Origin: Kiritimatiellia bacterium
GTDB lineage: Bacteria > Verrucomicrobiota > Kiritimatiellia > JAAZAB01
DNA: 64,000 nucleotides
Direction of reading: 5' to 3'
NCBI GenBank assembly: GCA_040767085.1
Contig: JAXGPF010000013.1
Coordinates: 129,093 to 193,092, forward strand
A program made the translations under genes and the position numbers. Under the pieces are notes generated by a model, which saw only the letters and a program-made list of their open reading frames with translations, was not told where the DNA came from and did not search any database. Positions 59,696 through 64,000 of the stretch are shown one piece after another (within the stretch, counting starts at the first letter, position 1; each line of letters opens with the position of its first letter).

Positions 59696-59992
59696 GAGGG
59701 CGAATCTGACAAGAGGCGGGCGGCAAAAGGTTTTAAGGTATTTCGCCAGACCCAATTCCATAGAACACCGAACCCTGTTTTTAGCTTCACCTTTGCTCCT
59801 TTTCTGATTCACCACGAAGTACACGAAGAGCACGAAGGGGGATTCCGGGATTTAAACAAAAGGAAACGAAAAGGTAGGGCGGCCAGTCCCTGGCCGCCGT
59901 TTGGAGGGCGAACCTGGGCGGCAAAAGGTTTTAAGGTTTACGGTTTTAGGGTTTTACGCCTGAACACTTTGCCCCTTTGCCCCTCTGCTCTT
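59696..59992. repeat. Mosaic of intergenic repeats (two GGGCGGCAAAAGGTTTTAAGGT copies, a CACGAAG run, a GTAG REP, a TGCCCCTY run)
   Basis: Direct repeat at 59718 and 59916; REP GTAGGGCGGCCAGTCCCTGGCCGCC at 59874. Confidence 0.65.
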
Positions 59993-59999
59993 TAACAAC

Positions 60000-60881
60000 T
60001 CATAAAAACAGCGGTAACGGGCCGGGTGAATCGCGGCGTAATTCTCCGCCGCGGAGCAAGCCGTCCAATTCCGCCAGCAGGCGCGGTTTATCCTTAGGCA
60101 GACGGCCTTCCAGCGGAACGATGTTGGATGTGTGATTGGTGCGCAGGACGGTATGGTCCAATTCCAATCCCGCCACCATCTCCCGCAATTCAGCCACGCA
60201 GTCGTATTCGCTTAACAAACCGAACGTTCCGGCTTGGGCGCGTTGCCACAGGGGCGTACCGGGCACGGGTATGACCCTTAAAAACGACAACAATGCCGGC
60301 TGCATGGCGTTAAGCGCCAGGGCGGATTGGCGGGCGTGCCGCGTGGAATCCGCCGGCCCGCCCAGCCCCAGCAGGACCATGACGGATATGCGCAGGCCGG
60401 CTTGGGCGGCGCGTTGGCCGGCGCGGATCATCAAGGCGGCGGTTTCGCCTTTGTGCATTTGCCTGAGGATATCCTCGTCGCCGCTTTCCAGGCCCAGGTA
60501 GAGGGTGTGTAATTTAAGTGCGCGCAAGGAGGAGAGTTGCGCGTCGGTTTTGGCTTCAATTGCGCTGCCGGTGGCGTAGGTGTTGACCCGCGCCAGCTCC
60601 GGCAGGTGTGCGGCCAGACAGCGCAGGATTGCTGAAAATTCGTCAAAATCGCGGCGTAAGGCGTCGCCATCGGCCAGAAACACCCGGCGGGCATCCGGCC
60701 AGGCGCGGGCTTCGGCGGCGATCATCGCCTCAATTTCCGGCAAAGGCCGGCGCCGGTAGCGCATTCCGCGGTACATCCCGCAGAAGTCGCAGGCGTTGTA
60801 GGGACAGCCTTCATCCACCTGCAGGATCAGGCTATCGGCTTCCGCCGGCGGGCGGAATTGAGGATTGTTAGGGGTGTGCAT
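60000..60881 (-). CDS. Radical SAM protein
   Basis: FRPPAEADSLILQV..GCPYNACDFCGMY, VFLADGD, YLGLESGD, NHTSN; start placed at MHTPNN. Confidence 0.9.
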   Translation of the reverse strand: MHTPNNPQFRPPAEADSLILQVDEGCPYNACDFCGMYRGMRYRRRPLPEIEAMIAAEARAWPDARRVFLADGDALRRDFDEFSAILRCLAAHLPELARVNTYATGSAIEAKTDAQLSSLRALKLHTLYLGLESGDEDILRQMHKGETAALMIRAGQRAAQAGLRISVMVLLGLGGPADSTRHARQSALALNAMQPALLSFLRVIPVPGTPLWQRAQAGTFGLLSEYDCVAELREMVAGLELDHTVLRTNHTSNIVPLEGRLPKDKPRLLAELDGLLRGGELRRDSPGPLPLFL

Positions 60882-60886
60882 TGATC

Positions 60887-61088
60887 CCTGAATCTTACAC
60901 GAATATTTGCGTTGAAACGATTTGAAGCAAATAGAGCGTGCAAATAAAAATATAAAAACGTGCCTCAAGTTATGCATGAAGTCAGCATCGCAGGCAAGCA
61001 AAAACAAGTAATTTATAAAAAGCGATTGAAACTCAGGCGGATTGAAACTCAGGCGGATTGAAATTCAGGCGGATTGAAATTCAGGCAG
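60887..61088. mobile_element. Degenerate CCTGAATTTTGCAC-family MITE with a tandemly amplified right end
   Basis: TTGATCCCTGAATCTTACACGAATATTTGCGTT is nearly identical to 41780-41812; interior similar to 21642-21710; ends in AAATTCAGG-containing repeats. Confidence 0.6.
61025..61088 (+). repeat. 4 x 16-bp tandem repeat
   Basis: ATTGAAA(C/T)TCAGGC(G/A)G at 61025, 61041, 61057 and 61073, no spacers. Confidence 0.9.
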
Positions 61089-61097
61089 GTATTGCAA

Positions 61098-61126
61098 TTG
61101 ACAGCAAATCCCAGGAGGGATACAAT
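61098..61126 (+). promoter_or_regulatory. Near-consensus sigma70 promoter (Pc-like cassette promoter)
   Basis: TTGACA-N17-TACAAT. Confidence 0.8.
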
Positions 61127-61159
61127 TTATAAATTGAATTGGGGCTGGGAATAAAACGA

Positions 61160-61184
61160 AGTATGTTCAAGAACACTGTTCGCA
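61160..61184 (+). other. attI-like recombination site
   Basis: CAAGAACACT-G/TTCGCA: AAC-N3-GTT core without an attC hairpin; GTTCGCATTG is complementary to the downstream attC left end. Confidence 0.55.
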
Positions 61185-61204
61185 TTGGAAAGAAGGAGGT
61201 CAAC

Positions 61205-61585
61205 ATGCCATTCTCGCTCCTGCCTGGCATCCTCTACCTCGTCTTCAACGCGTTTGAGGAAATCCAGGTGCTGTACATGGATCTGACCCTCAAAGCCAGC
61301 CCGCTTGAGCAGGCCCCTCTGTATCTGAAGCTGTGGGTTGATCCACCGCTCTCCGCATTCACGAAGTTGTTCCTCTTCCTGATGCGCCCGATGCGATGGG
61401 CGTTCCTGATCTACCTAGGATTCCAGACAGTGTGGTACTACCATGTCATTCTCCTTGTCGTTTCGATCGGGACTGCCGTAGCCGTTGTCACGGCGACGCA
61501 CCTGATGTGTGGCCTCTGGACGCCTTCTCTCATTGCATGCCTAGTGATACCAATCACGGGTGTCTGGATGTGGATTGCAGCATGA
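61205..61585 (+). CDS. Gene-cassette ORF, small hypothetical membrane protein
   Basis: AAGGAGG RBS, hydrophobic helices, followed immediately by attC. Confidence 0.75.
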   Translation: MPFSLLPGILYLVFNAFEEIQVLYMDLTLKASPLEQAPLYLKLWVDPPLSAFTKLFLFLMRPMRWAFLIYLGFQTVWYYHVILLVVSIGTAVAVVTATHLMCGLWTPSLIACLVIPITGVWMWIAA

Positions 61586-61591
61586 GCAACA

Positions 61592-61670
61592 CAATGCGAC
61601 AACACGTCGGAGCTTACCTCCTGGGGCGCGCGTACGCGCCATCGGAGGAATCTCAACGTGAGCGTTCGGC
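61592..61670 (+). other. attC site (R'' box has lost one A)
   Basis: CAATGCGAC..CACGTCGGAG..CCTCC..GGCGCG-cgta-CGCGCC..GGAGG..CTCAACGTG..GTTCGGC: imperfect hairpin with an extra base on the left arm and a GTT crossover. Confidence 0.75.
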
Positions 61671-61693
61671 GAGTAACAGAAGGACAACAGAAT

Positions 61694-62499
61694 ATGTGCA
61701 ATGGAAACGGAGTGCCGGTAAGTCGGGCCTTCTCCAGCATACTCGGAACACACGCCTGTGCTGCCAAGCTTGGCGGGAGAACTATTTTCCATGCAGTTGA
61801 TAATCTCCGATTCTTCCATTCCTTTTCGCTTTCCTGGTATATCACTGACTACCCAGACCTCGCCCTGCTACAGAACTTGCACAATGCAGTACACAAGCAG
61901 GTCTTTCCACTTGATGCGGCACTAGAGAACGCATACGTAGTGGCTATTCCACTTGAACTCTATCGGTGGTTGGCGTCACGCACGTTCGACGAAATAACCG
62001 TTGTACTGGGCGCATACTACGGTTTGCTCGCGTCTAACGAGCACAACGACAGAGGCATTATTCTGAAGCAGGTGTTGCCCGAGTTCCATGTGCCACTACA
62101 GGACTTCAACAAAAGAGTCGAGGGACTAGCTGACGCAGTCAGGGTCTTTGAGAAAGAGTACGCCCCGCCGGAGTTCTTGCGGCACTACAGCCAGTCAGAA
62201 GGTGAGTGGCAGATAGACCGTCAACCACAATGTGGCGCGCCGTGTATGCCGTACCCCTTGCCGTTTTCCTTCGATGTAAGGGCGTGGGGATTCCATGAAG
62301 GGGATGAGGACTACATAGACGGGTTTTGCGTTCGGGGCGGAAAGCGTGTCCGGTTGACCGGAGACGAAGCTCAGCGGGCGCAGACCGACACACTAGATCG
62401 AGCGGAATCGGATCATGATTCCTTCCAGTACTTGCTCTACGCGCGCCGCGTCAGACGAGTCTGGAAACTGCCGATCTCAACTTCATTGCCTAAGGTCGC
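61694..62499 (+). pseudogene. Second cassette ORF (hypothetical), 3'-truncated by the IS256 element
   Basis: AAGGA RBS after attC; open frame runs into the IS end at 62500 and stops inside the IS; atypical base composition. Confidence 0.65.
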
Positions 62500-63888
62500 G
62501 AGATATTGTCAAGAGTTGTGTATAAAAATTATCAGAGCGCATCCTTTTTACTTGATCAAGCGGCTTGAGCAAGTATGCCATCAATAAATTTAACCCCTTG
62601 AATTACCATTGGCATAAATTCGTGTTTATTTAATCTCCGCCAGTGTTTTTCTGCTTGCTGAACTAATTTGAATACCATGGTCAGGGTGGCGATATGTGAG
62701 CCACAGCCTTTGGTGCGAGTTGTCCGCAGCCGCACGGTGGCAAAAGTGGATTCGATGGGATTGGTGGTTCGGATGTGGACCCAATGCTCCGCCGGAAAAT
62801 CATAAAATGTGAACAAATCCTCCTGATCTTTTTCCAGACATTCACATGCTTTCGGGAATTTGGCTTGGTAGAGATCCAGGAATTCCCTGAATGCTTTTAA
62901 TGCATCATTTTTCGTGGCCGCCATATACATATCGTGAATGGATTGCTTGGCCTTGCTTTGCATGCTTTTTGGCATTTTATCCAGGATATTTGCGGTCTTG
63001 TGTACCCAACAACGTTGCCGGCGCATACGGGGAAACTCCTCGGCGGCGGCCGCCCAGAACCCCAGCGCGCCATCGCCAACCGCCAGGACAGGGTTTTGTT
63101 TGAATCCGCGCTGCTTTAAATCCCTTAACACCTCCAACCACGACAGTTTGCTTTCGCGGAATCCATCATGGACCGCCAACAGTTCTTTGTGGCCATCCGG
63201 CGTAGCGCCGATAATGACCAGCATGCAGGCACGCTCGTCATCCAAGCGAACATTAAAATGAATGCCATCCGCCCAGATATACACGTAATGCTTGTCGCTC
63301 AGGTCGCGCCGCCGCCATTCCTCATATTCTCTTTTCCACGTTTCCTTCAATCGCACAATGTTAGTGGCAGACAATCCGGCAGCCTGCGCCCCCAAGATGC
63401 CTTCCAAGGCTTCGCTGAAATCGCCCGTCGAAATACCCTTCAGGTACAAACATGGAATCAAAGCGTCCACACTGGGCACACGCCGCATGAATGGCGGCAA
63501 AATACTGCTGGTAAATTTATGTCCTGGCCTACGATCACGAACCCGCGGTTGTCGGACTTTAATCCGCCCCATCCCTGTGATCAGCTCCCGTTCCGGCATG
63601 TATCCATTGCGAACCACCGCTCGCCGACCCTGATCATCACGTATATCATGATGATTATCAACAAATTCCTCGACTTCATTGAGGATCATCACTTCCAACA
63701 TCTTCCGCGCCCCTTCGCGCAACACCTCTTCCAAAGCCGATTTTACTTCATTGTTTTCTTGTGTCCTGCCGGCATTGCCTATATATTTATCCATGGAGCG
63801 TATCCTTTCTGTTTCCGGATGTCCCGGTTTTTTCTTCATCAGAAGGATACGCTCTTTTTTTTAAATCCACAACTTTCGGTTATATCTC
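62500..63888 (-). mobile_element. IS256-family insertion sequence, 1389 bp
   Basis: Imperfect TIRs GAGATATTGTCAAGAGTTGTG / reverse complement GAGATATAACCGAAAGTTGTG, plus subterminal AGAGCGYATCCTT at both ends. Confidence 0.88.
62556..63794 (-). CDS. IS256-family transposase
   Basis: VRNGY, PRVRDR, YLKGISTGDF, YIWADG, GDGALGFW, QRCWVHK, RTTNPIES; AAAGGA RBS before MDKY. Confidence 0.95.
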   Translation of the reverse strand: MDKYIGNAGRTQENNEVKSALEEVLREGARKMLEVMILNEVEEFVDNHHDIRDDQGRRAVVRNGYMPERELITGMGRIKVRQPRVRDRRPGHKFTSSILPPFMRRVPSVDALIPCLYLKGISTGDFSEALEGILGAQAAGLSATNIVRLKETWKREYEEWRRRDLSDKHYVYIWADGIHFNVRLDDERACMLVIIGATPDGHKELLAVHDGFRESKLSWLEVLRDLKQRGFKQNPVLAVGDGALGFWAAAAEEFPRMRRQRCWVHKTANILDKMPKSMQSKAKQSIHDMYMAATKNDALKAFREFLDLYQAKFPKACECLEKDQEDLFTFYDFPAEHWVHIRTTNPIESTFATVRLRTTRTKGCGSHIATLTMVFKLVQQAEKHWRRLNKHEFMPMVIQGVKFIDGILAQAA

Positions 63889-63899
63889 GAGTTTTTTTT

Positions 63900-64000
63900 A
63901 TGATGGGTTATCTGGAAGGATTGCTCCGGGCGTTGCGTCCGGCATTCACGCGGAAGGCGACCTTCGCATGGTTTGTGGTGGCGTTTGCCGGCGTGGTAAC
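63900..64000 (+). CDS. N-terminus of a probable second transposase (IS701-like), runs off window
   Basis: MMGYLEGLLRALRPAFTRKATFAWFVVAFAGVV resembles N-termini of DDE transposases; only 33 codons visible. Confidence 0.45.
   Translation, partial: MMGYLEGLLRALRPAFTRKATFAWFVVAFAGVV

Noticed and set aside
61025-61088. CRISPR array or plasmid iterons
   Set aside because: The repeats are 16 bp, contiguous and spacerless; no cas or rep gene is nearby; the unit contains the MITE end AAATTCAGG.
61396-61845. Overlapping ORFs 61396-61800 (+) and 61438-61845 (-)
   Set aside because: They cross the attC hairpin and overlap better-supported cassette ORFs.

Overview
GC-rich bacterial chromosomal window, probably from a Gram-negative anaerobe (lpxI, FeoAB, HydG, a corrinoid activator). 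A PVC-superphylum origin (Kiritimatiellae/Lentisphaerae-like) is my inference, not a database result. Layout: (1) 1-10.7 kb housekeeping genes on the minus strand: partial peptidase, UvrD/PcrA helicase, lpxI, DUF190-crcB, sigma54-driven glnA, tyrS, rpsA, thioesterase. (2) 10.8-19.2 kb: a LarA-family gene co-oriented with a Btu/Fec-type ABC importer, converging on two uncharacterised exported proteins under a cobalamin riboswitch. (3) 19.3-43.5 kb: an OrpR-like PAS/sigma54 activator, a sigma54 promoter and an about 22 kb co-directional run built on the Desulfovibrio-type orp genes. It is expanded with a HydG variant lacking an auxiliary-cluster Cys, a corrinoid activator, CoA-linked genes, feoAB and a duplicated psd-MBL pair. 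(4) 43.6-51.6 kb: AraC plus a DegT/ceramidase-like/PHP/M55 cluster. (5) thiH-thiE region, a beta-helix exported protein and a radical SAM gene. (6) 61.1-64 kb: an integron-like module (promoter, attI-like site, cassette with attC, second cassette) with no adjacent integrase gene, cut by an IS256 element. Intergenic DNA holds several MITE/REP families, including a covarying structured motif carried by elements with three different terminal repeats. No rRNA, tRNA or CRISPR array was recognised. All calls come from reading motifs by eye; no searches were run.
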